Source: an uncultured virus (IMG/VR IMGVR_UViG_3300009500_000012) (lineage: Duplodnaviria > Heunggongvirae > Uroviricota > Caudoviricetes). Taken from it: a DNA stretch of 64,000 bases. Position 1 is the first letter of the stretch. Each line of letters begins with the position of its first letter. The notes below the pieces were generated by a model. That model did no database searches, was not told the DNA's origin, and worked only from the letters and a program-made list of their open reading frames with translations. This document shows, in pieces, positions 40,745 to 49,568 of this stretch. The position numbers and the translations under genes are program-made. The DNA lies in the IMG/VR virus record IMGVR_UViG_3300009500_000012. One strand, written 5' to 3'.

Positions 40745-40945
40745 TTATTCTCCGAATCTATCGGGAACGATTTCCCACTTGCCGACTTTGTTTCCGTTGC
40801 TATCCAAGATATTCTCTTGGTCCCCGACGTATTGAGTGCTTTCATCGGAGGAATAACCCCGGAAAGAATTGGCGATAGCCGTCTTGACTTCACCGAAGGT
40901 TTGCATCGCATCGTTGTCGAGATTGATTTCGAGCGTCATCTTCAT
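40745..40945 (-). CDS. phage hypothetical protein
   Basis: leaderless; ILDSNGNKVG. Confidence 0.75.
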   Translation of the reverse strand: MKMTLEINLDNDAMQTFGEVKTAIANSFRGYSSDESTQYVGDQENILDSNGNKVGKWEIVPDRFGE

Positions 40946-40982
40946 GCTTTAAGTTTAACAACTTTCGGCAGTTATTGCAAAC

Positions 40983-41213
40983 CTAATGAACAATAGGAAA
41001 ATGAATCGCCGGAACCCACGTTAATACCCACAGAACAAGCCAACAGGGGTAAACGAATGGGCAGAAAATACCGAATATCGCGGCGACGTACCAAGGAGCC
41101 CAAACTCCAAAAACCCAGAAGAGAATAAACTCTGCCAGGAGACAAGAAACGAGGTATATCACCGAAAGGAATAATAATTGTATACCATAGAAAAACTTAA
41201 TAAATTCATCCAT
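40983..41213 (-). CDS. small membrane protein
   Basis: leaderless; hydrophobic. Confidence 0.7.
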   Translation of the reverse strand: MDEFIKFFYGIQLLFLSVIYLVSCLLAEFILFWVFGVWAPWYVAAIFGIFCPFVYPCWLVLWVLTWVPAIHFPIVH

Positions 41214-41328
41214 ACTGTTATTCTACAACTTTGGGGAGGATTCTGCAAGGGTTCTGATTATTATAGTTTAATAAAAAGAAAGGCAGGCTTTTTCTCCTTA
41301 GCCTGTCTCTCTTTTTTTGAGGAGGGTT

Positions 41329-41646
41329 TCAGTATTGAATCCGAACAGCCCCGCCGATGGTCAACTCTTTCCCTTGAACCGGATTCATCGCTTCCCGAAC
41401 GAGGGAGAGGAGTTCCGGGAAGGAAGCGACCTTGGCCCCGTATTGGGTGTTAAGCATCCAAGTGCCGGGATGGCTTTTGGTCACGTTGTATAGTGCCAAA
41501 GCACTTTGTTTGTGAAGGGCGATGATTGCGTCATCTGATTGGAGGATGAAGTCGATATCCTCTTCTTTCGAGGGATAGATGACGAAGTTTCGCACCTTGC
41601 GGGCACCAGGGAGTTTGAAGTCAACGCTTGGAATGATGTTCTTCAT
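41329..41646 (-). CDS. early hypothetical protein
   Basis: leaderless. Confidence 0.75.
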   Translation of the reverse strand: MKNIIPSVDFKLPGARKVRNFVIYPSKEEDIDFILQSDDAIIALHKQSALALYNVTKSHPGTWMLNTQYGAKVASFPELLSLVREAMNPVQGKELTIGGAVRIQY

Positions 41647-41681
41647 GTCCTAAGTATAAACTAATAACGAAGATTTGTCAA

Positions 41682-41906
41682 CTAATAGTCTTCTTCTTCG
41701 TCCTCGTTATCCTCCTCTAGGTTTACGTCGTCCATAACATCTTCGGTCGAATAGCCCAAGACGTAAGCCTCTGGAAGAATTTCTTTCCCATTCCAAACTT
41801 CTACCTTATCAGAAATAAGGTGATTGAAGTAAAGGTGTTTAACATCTACTACTACTTCATCGGGAACGCTAACATTGACCCAGGTGACAAAGGTTAAAGT
41901 TTTCAT
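41682..41906 (-). CDS. acidic-tail hypothetical protein
   Basis: TATGAT-6-ATG 41906. Confidence 0.7.
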   Translation of the reverse strand: MKTLTFVTWVNVSVPDEVVVDVKHLYFNHLISDKVEVWNGKEILPEAYVLGYSTEDVMDDVNLEEDNEDEEEDY

Positions 41907-42011
41907 GTGCTTATCATACACCTTTCAGAAAGTTATTGCAAATAGGGTTATTCAATTTATTATACACCAAAAGAGAGAAGAGAGAGCCGGAGCCCTCTAC
42001 TTCAATCTTCC

Positions 42012-42434
42012 TTACACTTCCTTGACTTTGTACCCGAAGTTATTGAACACCTTAAGCACGTTCTCGGCGGTGCCGAGTCCGGGATTGCTATAATCACGTT
42101 GGCGGTTGTAAAGGGTTTGAGCCATAACGAGACTGATTTTGTTACGCGAAACCGTGAAGATGTAACCTTCGGTTTCGACAGCCTTCTTCGTTTCGGTCAA
42201 ACCCATGCTGGTCAATTCGCGAAGGAATTTGATAGCCCCGATTTTATCGTAATCCCCATAAGGGCCGATAATGATAAACTTCAACGAAAGCGGGTCTTGC
42301 TTGCCTTCGATACGCAATTCGAGCAAACCCCGAAGGGCCATGTCGGTCACAATCGAAACGAAGGAGGTGCCATCCACCTTGTTATGGGGGATGAGGATTT
42401 CTTGGTCGCCTTGCTTCAAAACAATGTTCATCAT
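42012..42434 (-). CDS. ribosomal protein L7/L12 C-terminal-like domain protein
   Basis: KIGAIKFLRELTSMGLTETKKAVE. Confidence 0.75.
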   Translation of the reverse strand: MMNIVLKQGDQEILIPHNKVDGTSFVSIVTDMALRGLLELRIEGKQDPLSLKFIIIGPYGDYDKIGAIKFLRELTSMGLTETKKAVETEGYIFTVSRNKISLVMAQTLYNRQRDYSNPGLGTAENVLKVFNNFGYKVKEV

Positions 42435-42479
42435 GTTTTTATTCTACCTTTTTCTTGAAGTTATTGCAAGAAAGAATTA

Positions 42480-42665
42480 TTAGGGAACGTAGAAAACAGG
42501 TGAACCATAATCAGGATTGTATTCCTGAACAGTTTTCCATTCGATGAGATTTTGTTCTTCCAAAGCCCGAATGGCTTGAAGTGCAGCAACGCGAGTCACA
42601 CCCGGCAAGAAATGAATGACCGCCCCAACTTGCCGAGGTTCTTTGTTCTCATTGTTATTGTTCAT
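42480..42665 (-). CDS. early hypothetical protein
   Basis: leaderless. Confidence 0.7.
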   Translation of the reverse strand: MNNNNENKEPRQVGAVIHFLPGVTRVAALQAIRALEEQNLIEWKTVQEYNPDYGSPVFYVP

Positions 42666-42753
42666 ACTTCTATTATCAACCTTTAGGGTAGTTTTGTCAA
42701 AAATTATTCAATTTATTATAGCATAAGAAAAGAAAGAGGGCCAAAGCCCCCTT

Positions 42754-42957
42754 TTAGTCCGGGTCGTACTCTTCCCCAGGCGCTTCGTCGTGCATATAGC
42801 GCATGACTTCAACATCTTCGACCTCCGCGAATTTGATTCGAGGAGTCTGCTTATATGCGGCGTCCCGAATCTCATCAATATCGGGGTTCGCATTATCCAG
42901 ATTAACTTGATATTTGCGAACCTCCGTAACAGTTTCTGTTAGAACGAACAGGGGCAT
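42754..42957 (-). CDS. hypothetical protein
   Basis: GGAGG RBS. Confidence 0.6.
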   Translation of the reverse strand: MPLFVLTETVTEVRKYQVNLDNANPDIDEIRDAAYKQTPRIKFAEVEDVEVMRYMHDEAPGEEYDPD

Positions 42958-43139
42958 CCGTAGTCCTCCTCTTCTTCCCATTCTTCATAGTCGATATTCT
43001 CGTCAAAGAAGTCCTCTTCTTCGACAAATTCGCCATTCGCTTCGGAAGCGAGGCAGTTTTCCTCGAAACGGATGGCATCCCCGAAGGGCATCGAGTCGTA
43101 GGGGTCGTAAGATTCGTAACCGCTGTAATCTTCATCCAT
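42939..43139 (-). CDS. highly acidic small protein
   Basis: leaderless; D/E-rich. Confidence 0.7.
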   Translation of the reverse strand: MDEDYSGYESYDPYDSMPFGDAIRFEENCLASEANGEFVEEEDFFDENIDYEEWEEEEDYGCPCSF

Positions 43140-43161
43140 AAACTAATTATAGACCTTCTCT

Positions 43162-43344
43162 TTAGTTACTGCAAGCGGAGAGAGGATACCAACGGCCACC
43201 ATCTTTCCCTCCGCTTGCATGATAGCGAGGCAACTGCGGGACGCAGAAGATTTCCCCTTCCCGCTTCTTGGTAACGTAGCAAGGAACGTCTTTCAAGCGA
43301 CCACGACGAGGTGTAGCGGCCTGAAGAAGGTTGGCATCTTTCAA
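43162..43344 (-). CDS. hypothetical protein
   Basis: TTGA overlap. Confidence 0.45.
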   Translation of the reverse strand: MKDANLLQAATPRRGRLKDVPCYVTKKREGEIFCVPQLPRYHASGGKDGGRWYPLSACSN

Positions 43345-43592
43345 CTAATCCACACCTTGTAGGCATCGGCAAGGTCGTAAAGATAGTCGAGCGAATCATT
43401 AAAGTCATCTACCGACCCATTTACAGATGACTTGTAAAAATCGTTTGATAAGTCCGTAGTGTCAAGAACATTGAAAGGTGAATTTACTCGAAGCCTTTCC
43501 ATGATTTGATTTGCAGCGGCCTTGACTGAATCTTCATCTTCAGAAGTGTCAAGAAGGTCTTTGATTTGGAATTGAGACAGCCATTTACCCAT
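43341..43592 (-). CDS. hypothetical protein
   Basis: GGAG RBS; LYDLAD..VWI. Confidence 0.65.
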   Translation of the reverse strand: MGKWLSQFQIKDLLDTSEDEDSVKAAANQIMERLRVNSPFNVLDTTDLSNDFYKSSVNGSVDDFNDSLDYLYDLADAYKVWIS

Positions 43593-43593
43593 A

Positions 43594-43770
43594 TTATTTC
43601 TCCAGCAAAGCGACAAGGAACCCATGTTGATAGATGAAGGGTAAATTATCGAAGAGAGCCTTCTGGTTCTTCGTTGCCAGGGAGAGAGCAAACTCCTTCG
43701 CCTTGTTATAGGCGCTCAACTCCACAAAGGAGGAGGTCAAAAGTTCTTTCGCTTCATCTTTCGTCATCAT
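43594..43770 (-). CDS. 58 aa leaderless protein
   Basis: TATACT-6-ATG. Confidence 0.65.
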   Translation of the reverse strand: MMTKDEAKELLTSSFVELSAYNKAKEFALSLATKNQKALFDNLPFIYQHGFLVALLEK

Positions 43771-43796
43771 GCTCTAAGTATAAACTTATTGCGGAG

Positions 43797-44012
43797 TTAT
43801 GTCAAAGGAAGCGGAATTGTAGACTCGAACCAAACTTCTTTGTCGTAATCATTATACGTGATTTTAACATGGCTGTATTCTACGGCATGGCGATGAATAA
43901 GATTTTTCGCAAGATTCAATGCGCCTTGCTTTGAGTCCCGAGTCCAGAATTGGACTTGTGCGGGATATTCACGTAGGGTTGCAATGATGACAAATGGTTC
44001 GGTATACTTCAT
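43797..44012 (-). CDS. early hypothetical protein
   Basis: leaderless; ends LT-stop. Confidence 0.7.
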   Translation of the reverse strand: MKYTEPFVIIATLREYPAQVQFWTRDSKQGALNLAKNLIHRHAVEYSHVKITYNDYDKEVWFESTIPLPLT

Positions 44013-44027
44013 GCTATGAATATAAAC

Positions 44028-44297
44028 CTATTCAGGAGTTTTGTCCAACAATGGGAGGAAAGAAACGATATTCTTTCTTAATTTATCATAAACAACTCGA
44101 ACAGTCTGACCCTGCCATTCGAGCGTATGAATAGTGACCCGATTTGATTGGGTCACAACATTTTGACTTCGACCGGACATAATATGACGCTTTAATTCTA
44201 TCATATTTTGATGGTTGAAGTCAATTCCGTAACGCTCCAATGCCCTCCGCTTGGCATGTTTACGTTGGCACTTCCCTTTGCTAACTCGCTTTCCCAT
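44028..44297 (-). CDS. hypothetical protein
   Basis: HAKRRALERYG motif. Confidence 0.65.
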   Translation of the reverse strand: MGKRVSKGKCQRKHAKRRALERYGIDFNHQNMIELKRHIMSGRSQNVVTQSNRVTIHTLEWQGQTVRVVYDKLRKNIVSFLPLLDKTPE

Positions 44298-44319
44298 TAT
44301 TGTTGTTCCCTTAAATAAT

Positions 44320-44407
44320 TGGTGGGGAAGGTGGGACTCGAACCCACATGAGATTTCTCCCGTCGCGTTTTAAGCGCGATGCTTCTGACCAATTTAGCCA
44401 CTTCCCC
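44320..44407 (-). tRNA. trnL: tRNA-Leu(UAA), CCA encoded
   Basis: GGGGAAG/CTTCCCC acceptor, TCGCG-CTTAAAA-CGCGA anticodon arm, long variable arm, GTGGG-TTCGAGT-CCCAC, ACCA. Confidence 0.93.
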
Positions 44408-44819
44408 GAATAGATGGATGACTATAATATCCTCCGCATTTTCGAGAACAATAATTTTCTTTTGTTACTTTATTTTTTTGTCTGTCTTGGCGCTCACGTT
44501 GACTAACTTCTGCTTGAAACTCTTTTCCGCAAGGGCAAGTATATGTTTTATATTTTCTTTGCCTTCCGTGGTCAACCCAAACGGATTTTCTTCTATTTTC
44601 TATTCCGCTCAAAACTTGCAAGTTCGACAGTTCATTGTTTCTTATGTTTCCATCCTTGTGGTCAACTTCTTCCCAATCCTCAAGTTTCCTTCCTAATGCT
44701 TCTTCCATGAGGTAACGAGGATAAGAAATAGTTATCAGGGATTTATCGTCTAATTGCTTGACAATTCTGCTTCTGCCGTCCTTGGCAGTATATGGTCCGT
44801 ATATCTTCATGGCTAACAA
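44394..44819 (-). CDS. HNH homing endonuclease
   Basis: EVDHKDGNIRNNELSNL; CPCG..YCSRKC. Confidence 0.85.
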   Translation of the reverse strand: MLAMKIYGPYTAKDGRSRIVKQLDDKSLITISYPRYLMEEALGRKLEDWEEVDHKDGNIRNNELSNLQVLSGIENRRKSVWVDHGRQRKYKTYTCPCGKEFQAEVSQRERQDRQKNKVTKENYCSRKCGGYYSHPSIRGSG

Positions 44820-44847
44820 CCTCTTTGTTAACCATTATATTAAAAAG

Positions 44848-45090
44848 TTATTTGGTTCGACCAGCAATAGCCTCTACATAATTTTCAAGGCAACGACGAG
44901 TATGATATTCTGGATTTTTGTTATTAAATTGACTGTAGTAATTCAACAGCCCTTGCTTTTGACTGTCACCTGGTTTAACTGTAACAGTAAACTCGTTAAA
45001 CACAAATGAAACCGGATTGCCTAGCCGGTTTGCAAACTCGCGAGCATATTCAACTGCTCCGTTAATATGATGAATGCTGTTTATTGACAT
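44848..45090 (-). CDS. early hypothetical protein
   Basis: leaderless. Confidence 0.7.
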   Translation of the reverse strand: MSINSIHHINGAVEYAREFANRLGNPVSFVFNEFTVTVKPGDSQKQGLLNYYSQFNNKNPEYHTRRCLENYVEAIAGRTK

Positions 45091-45133
45091 ACTCCTATTC
45101 TATCAACTTTCTTTAGTTATTGCAAAAAAATGA

Positions 45134-45364
45134 CTAAAGAGGACCAGAACCTAAAAAGTAGTCCTCTTCCTCTTCTTCATCTTCTTCTACGGCGAAGGTG
45201 GCACTCAGTCCTGGATGACTTGTGCTAATAGTGTTATAGCGTTCTTCGGTAAGCCGAACCTCGCGTTCATAGATAGCAGAAGCGATGCGCGCAAGGCTAC
45301 GTCCGTCGCTATGTTCGATACGTTGCACCAAGTCACGAATGAGGTCCTCGCGTTCAATCTTCAT
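45134..45364 (-). CDS. early hypothetical protein
   Basis: leaderless. Confidence 0.7.
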   Translation of the reverse strand: MKIEREDLIRDLVQRIEHSDGRSLARIASAIYEREVRLTEERYNTISTSHPGLSATFAVEEDEEEEEDYFLGSGPL

Positions 45365-45449
45365 GACCTTATTTTATCAACTAATTGGAGTTCTTGCAAC
45401 TCATACTATTTATTATATAACTAAAAGAAAAAAGGAGGACGAACCTCCT

Positions 45450-45746
45450 TTAGACAGGGAATCGAGGAAGAGGTTTTTCGGTTTGAGGGCTTGCTTTGAG
45501 AAACTCTACGTGCCCCTTTAGGTCCTCTGCTGCCTTCAAGTAATCACCACGCTTATACTTGCGGCCGGTGTATTCTGAAGCCATCTTGAGCATTTGAACA
45601 GGTCCAACGCCTCGGGTCGGAATCATCTTCAACTTTGCATAGCCGATGAGACTTTGTGCCAGGATAGCGGCCCGGAAAATATCCACATCCCCTTTGGCAA
45701 GGACTCGGCCGTTGTGGGTGCGTTCGGCAAATGATTGATTATCCAT
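45450..45746 (-). CDS. early hypothetical protein
   Basis: leaderless. Confidence 0.75.
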   Translation of the reverse strand: MDNQSFAERTHNGRVLAKGDVDIFRAAILAQSLIGYAKLKMIPTRGVGPVQMLKMASEYTGRKYKRGDYLKAAEDLKGHVEFLKASPQTEKPLPRFPV

Positions 45747-45855
45747 GACTTTATATTATCAACTTTAAGAAGATATTGCAAGTCATTTTATTATTTATTA
45801 TATCATTATTCCACAACGAGGACCGGCGCTAGGCTCGGCCCTCCTTGGGATAACG

Positions 45856-46014
45856 CGCTAGGTCCCGGATTTGAACCGGAAACGCCACCTATTTGCTTAG
45901 GTCCGAACCTAGATGAAGTAAGAGGATGCTCGCACAACTTTTATATGCTGCCGGTCAAGAGAGTCTTATCTCTCACGCTTTGTTTAGGCGGTCCTACTTG
46001 TCCACCTACCTAGA
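45856..46014 (-). ncRNA. tRNA-like RNA with ~90 nt domain replacing the anticodon loop
   Basis: CTAGGT/ACCTAG acceptor, TCCGG-TTCAAAT-CCGGG T arm, CCGCCTA/TAGGTGG stem, own promoter, no CCA. Confidence 0.6.
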
Positions 46015-46075
46015 ACCTTAGTTTGTCACTCTGTGATTAGATTATATCTTCTTGAAGAAGTTTTGTCAAAACCCT

Positions 46076-46264
46076 TTAGTTAGAAGGGTCAACAGATTGG
46101 AGTCTAAAGGACCGTGCGGCTTCACGCATTTCGGCAAGCATATTCTCTGCTTCACGATAGTCGCTAGGTCCTGGCGCATCCTTTGTATGGTCGCCAAGGA
46201 TAACTTCAAGGGCAGCAATACGGTTCGGCGTGACCTTTACTGTTGCTTGGTTAGAAGTATCCAT
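46076..46264 (-). CDS. hypothetical protein
   Basis: follows 46270-46689. Confidence 0.55.
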   Translation of the reverse strand: MDTSNQATVKVTPNRIAALEVILGDHTKDAPGPSDYREAENMLAEMREAARSFRLQSVDPSN

Positions 46265-46269
46265 TATTT

Positions 46270-46689
46270 TTAGATGGTTGCCTTGAAAGAAACCAGGTTG
46301 TAAGAGTAGGGCGAGTTCTTGACCAACTCTTCATATTGCGGACGAGTAAGGATACCCGCAGCAAGAAACTTTTTGGCGACCTCTACATCGGCCGTAAGTT
46401 TCTCGGGAACCTCCACAAAGTTAATCTTGAAGTTCCCCCGCTTGTTACGGAAGGTGCCGGAAATGAAGGTTTCTTTGTTCTCACCCAGGGCCTTGCGAAT
46501 GGCCTTAATCTTGGGCTTGAGGTCTTTCTCCAACTTCGTTTCCGCAGCGGATTTCAGTTCGGAGGTAAGGATATAGTCCCGAAGAACGGCAACGATTTCG
46601 GTTTGCGTATCTTCGGTAAGTGCGGTGACACCTTCTGCGGTCACGGGCACGATGACTGTTTGGGCGTTTTCGAGAAGTGTGTTGCTCAT
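46270..46689 (-). CDS. early hypothetical protein
   Basis: leaderless. Confidence 0.75.
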   Translation of the reverse strand: MSNTLLENAQTVIVPVTAEGVTALTEDTQTEIVAVLRDYILTSELKSAAETKLEKDLKPKIKAIRKALGENKETFISGTFRNKRGNFKINFVEVPEKLTADVEVAKKFLAAGILTRPQYEELVKNSPYSYNLVSFKATI

Positions 46690-46835
46690 GTATAAACTAT
46701 AGACCTTTCAGAGAGTTATTGCAAGCAGCGGTTGTACCCGCTTTGCCTACGGTGAAGCGAGTATAACATATAAAAAACAAAAAGTCAAGTGCATTCTATT
46801 TATTATAGCGTTGAATAAAGAAAAAGGAGGATTTT

Positions 46836-47048
46836 TTATTTCCCCTTCTTCTCCTGTTGAAGAAAATAGTTAATGACTTCTGCTACCCGATACTTATGAT
46901 TGACCCAGGTAATAGTCTCTCTGAAGATAATTTGATACCCTGCGGGGTATTCTACGATGACAAGGTTTGCATTATCAGTAGGTAAACCTGCTTTAGCAAA
47001 CTCTTGCTTGATATAGTTTTTTGAGAATTTTACTTGACTAGGATTCAT
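46836..47048 (-). CDS. hypothetical protein
   Basis: ATG 47048 overlapping upstream stop. Confidence 0.5.
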   Translation of the reverse strand: MNPSQVKFSKNYIKQEFAKAGLPTDNANLVIVEYPAGYQIIFRETITWVNHKYRVAEVINYFLQQEKKGK

Positions 47049-47271
47049 TGACAGTAGAAGGTAGAACGATTCGACCATCCCCCACGGCTTCGACCAGCGT
47101 GGCAAACATTTCGTTAGATGCCTTCTGTCGGTCAAGGTGACGCTGCCACGATTCCTGAAAGGCTTTGCTTTCTGCATCGCGATAACCTTTTCGATACTCA
47201 GCATCGAGCATTTCATCGAGTTCCGATTGCTTCATCATAACAATCGGGTTTTTGTCTGTGTGAATAAGCAT
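47038..47271 (-). CDS. early hypothetical protein
   Basis: leaderless. Confidence 0.7.
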   Translation of the reverse strand: MLIHTDKNPIVMMKQSELDEMLDAEYRKGYRDAESKAFQESWQRHLDRQKASNEMFATLVEAVGDGRIVLPSTVNES

Positions 47272-47297
47272 ATTCTATTTATAGACCTTTCAAGGAG

Positions 47298-47666
47298 TTA
47301 AGTCAAATCTCCATCATGCCCGACAGTAAACATGACAATCTCAAACATATCACGGGCTTTGATTGCTTTAATTGCTTCGCGTTCTCCTGTGTCGAACCAA
47401 ATGCAAACCGGAAAAGTTTGTGGAACCTCCATCAAACAATCAAGTAATTCCCCAACGGTCAAGGCTTGGCTTTCATCGGCCGGTTCTTCATCATAGAGGG
47501 GAGGTTCAATCGACTGAGCATTGATTGTAACCATTGACAAAGACGGCGAACCCTCTACAGTTTCATAAGAAACATTTGTAAAGAAAGAACCATCATCCAC
47601 CCGGCATTCAAACTCCGGGTTAGTGTAGAGATTGCGAAGCGTTTCTCGCAGTTCGCTAACTTTCAT
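47298..47666 (-). CDS. hypothetical protein
   Basis: TAATG coupling; ends LT-stop. Confidence 0.65.
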   Translation of the reverse strand: MKVSELRETLRNLYTNPEFECRVDDGSFFTNVSYETVEGSPSLSMVTINAQSIEPPLYDEEPADESQALTVGELLDCLMEVPQTFPVCIWFDTGEREAIKAIKARDMFEIVMFTVGHDGDLT

Positions 47667-47857
47667 TAGCCTTGCAGAACCCCCAAGGTGCCGCAGCCCT
47701 TGCAAATATCATCCGGTTCTGGGGGATGACCAAAGTCCTCGAAAAACATTTCGATTGCTTCTGGGTCATAGTCAAGAGTGATTGTGTTAATCACTTGTCC
47801 CTGGTTTTCGCATCCCTTGGTTTCACAAACCACAGAGAAAGTCACTTCTTCTAGCAT
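47666..47857 (-). CDS. Cys-containing small protein
   Basis: leaderless. Confidence 0.7.
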   Translation of the reverse strand: MLEEVTFSVVCETKGCENQGQVINTITLDYDPEAIEMFFEDFGHPPEPDDICKGCGTLGVLQG

Positions 47858-47883
47858 GACCTTATTCTATCAATCTTAAAGAG

Positions 47884-48081
47884 TTATTGCAAATAAGGAG
47901 GCGGAGTTAGTCCCCGCTTGTGAAGCAATCCCAATTCGTTTAGAACCGCAATAGCAGTAGCCTGCATCCGATACTCATTCCAATCCTTAAAATCAAGTCG
48001 ATTCTGCGGGGTGCTATTGCGAATGGCTCTCGCAGTTCGTTCGATAAGGGCAACTTCTTCATCGGTATAATCCATAGTCAA
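47884..48081 (-). CDS. early hypothetical protein
   Basis: promoter upstream; ends LQ-stop. Confidence 0.6.
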   Translation of the reverse strand: MTMDYTDEEVALIERTARAIRNSTPQNRLDFKDWNEYRMQATAIAVLNELGLLHKRGLTPPPYLQ

Positions 48082-48160
48082 AACATTATATCAAGAATTA
48101 GAAGTTATTGCAAGGGTTGTTATTCAATTTATAATAGAGTAATAGTAAAAAAAGAGGCCC

Positions 48161-48655
48161 TTAGAAGGCCCCTGGGGTTAGTTGAGACTTCACAGGTGCA
48201 TATACTACAACCTGTTCATTTCCGACCATTCCAAGGCGATTCTTGACCGCTTGGGATACATCTATGATTCGATGCGTCCATAGGTTTGGTCCTCTATCTT
48301 CTACTTTACAAGTAGCATACTTATGGGTCTTTACATTCTTGATAATGACCCGAGTATGAAGAGGGAAGTACCAGGAAGCGCACATATTTTTGTGGGTATC
48401 GAATATGATTCCTGAAGCAGTAGGCTTCCCTTGTGTATTGTCATCCCCCCAAGGGCATAGATTGCGGTTTCCGGCGCATCCATACCAAGAGGCTTCACCG
48501 CGAGCCTGTTGACGAAAGTGATTGTTTTGCTGCCCATGATGAGCAGCAATTCGTCGCGTATGCTTTAGGTGAGATTGTTCACTTCGCGGATGTTCTGTGC
48601 ATCCGAAGAGGGAGACTCCAATCAATATGATTGAAAGATAAACTCTTTTCGTCAT
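48161..48655 (-). CDS. rlpA: RlpA-like double-psi beta-barrel lipoprotein (lytic transglycosylase family)
   Basis: lipobox LFGC; GEASWYG, TASG..FD, VEDRGP, RIIDVS. Confidence 0.85.
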   Translation of the reverse strand: MTKRVYLSIILIGVSLFGCTEHPRSEQSHLKHTRRIAAHHGQQNNHFRQQARGEASWYGCAGNRNLCPWGDDNTQGKPTASGIIFDTHKNMCASWYFPLHTRVIIKNVKTHKYATCKVEDRGPNLWTHRIIDVSQAVKNRLGMVGNEQVVVYAPVKSQLTPGAF

Positions 48656-48848
48656 GAATTAAGTTTATCATCTTCAATCAGTTAAATCAAATTATTGCTG
48701 ATATATTACTACTACGGGAGTATGTCCCGGAACAGGGTGATACTGAGAAAGACTTGCATCTTGCTTCAGCATTAACATAACACCCCAGAGAATGATAAGT
48801 CCGGTGACTCCACATTGAACTAGAATACCTGCAAGTTTTCTATTCATG

Positions 48849-49097
48849 TCAAAAGCGCCCGTGATAATGCTTTTCCACTCGCGTAATCAACTTGACGCGC
48901 TGACCATCCTGGGTCATTTCTTTTTCTTGTTCGGACCAAGCAGGACGAGATTCACCAATGATACAATCCGTGCAACCGCAATCGCTTGGGTCAATATATT
49001 CGGTCGTTTCCTCAAAATAAAGGACCACACTTCTACGCTTATTATTCATGATTATTAAACCTCCTCTTTTTCCAAAGATTTTTGAGATTGTAGCCAT
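48849..49097 (-). CDS. hypothetical protein (start possibly 49049)
   Basis: CGCTDC. Confidence 0.5.
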   Translation of the reverse strand: MATISKIFGKRGGLIIMNNKRRSVVLYFEETTEYIDPSDCGCTDCIIGESRPAWSEQEKEMTQDGQRVKLITRVEKHYHGRF

Positions 49098-49327
49098 TTT
49101 TGATATTCGTGGTGACTATCATTAATGCCCCAATGACGTTTGAGGTCACGATAATTATGCCCTGTGCGAAAGCCTTGGTCAACTAATTGTTGTAAGATAT
49201 TAGCGCGCATCTTACAAATGTCGCAATCAAGACCCCAATCACAAGAACTAAGTCCTACAAATAAACTATCTGTAATGTGTGAGGCTTCTCGGTCGCTAAG
49301 ATTTAATTGAATGTTCTTCTTTTCCAT
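49055..49327 (-). CDS. early hypothetical protein
   Basis: leaderless. Confidence 0.7.
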   Translation of the reverse strand: MEKKNIQLNLSDREASHITDSLFVGLSSCDWGLDCDICKMRANILQQLVDQGFRTGHNYRDLKRHWGINDSHHEYQKWLQSQKSLEKEEV

Positions 49328-49382
49328 ACAAAGATTATATCGAAATCTTTTAGTTATTGCAAAAAATACTTTTATTTATTAT

Positions 49383-49554
49383 AAACAATAATGCCTACTA
49401 GGAACTTCCGTGTTCCGTTCGGCATTATTATGGTGTTTTATTATGGTGTTTTATTATGATGTTGTAAGGGTAGGAAAACCCCCGCCTACCCTCGGGGTTT
49501 TGTAGGATGGCAAGCCCGGCCATCACGGGGTTCTTGTAGTGGTTGTCAGCCGAC
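49383..49554 (-). ncRNA. putative ncRNA with pseudoknot/switch and 3x13-nt repeat
   Basis: promoter 49561-49589, no ORF, interleaved 8-bp stems, 3' hairpin. Confidence 0.65.
49425..49463. repeat. tandem repeat TTATTATGGTGTT x3 (third copy with one mismatch)
   Basis: read directly. Confidence 0.9.
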
Positions 49555-49568
49555 TATCTTAGTATACC

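Noticed and set aside
49425..49463. Mini-CRISPR
   Set aside because: 13-nt units with no spacers
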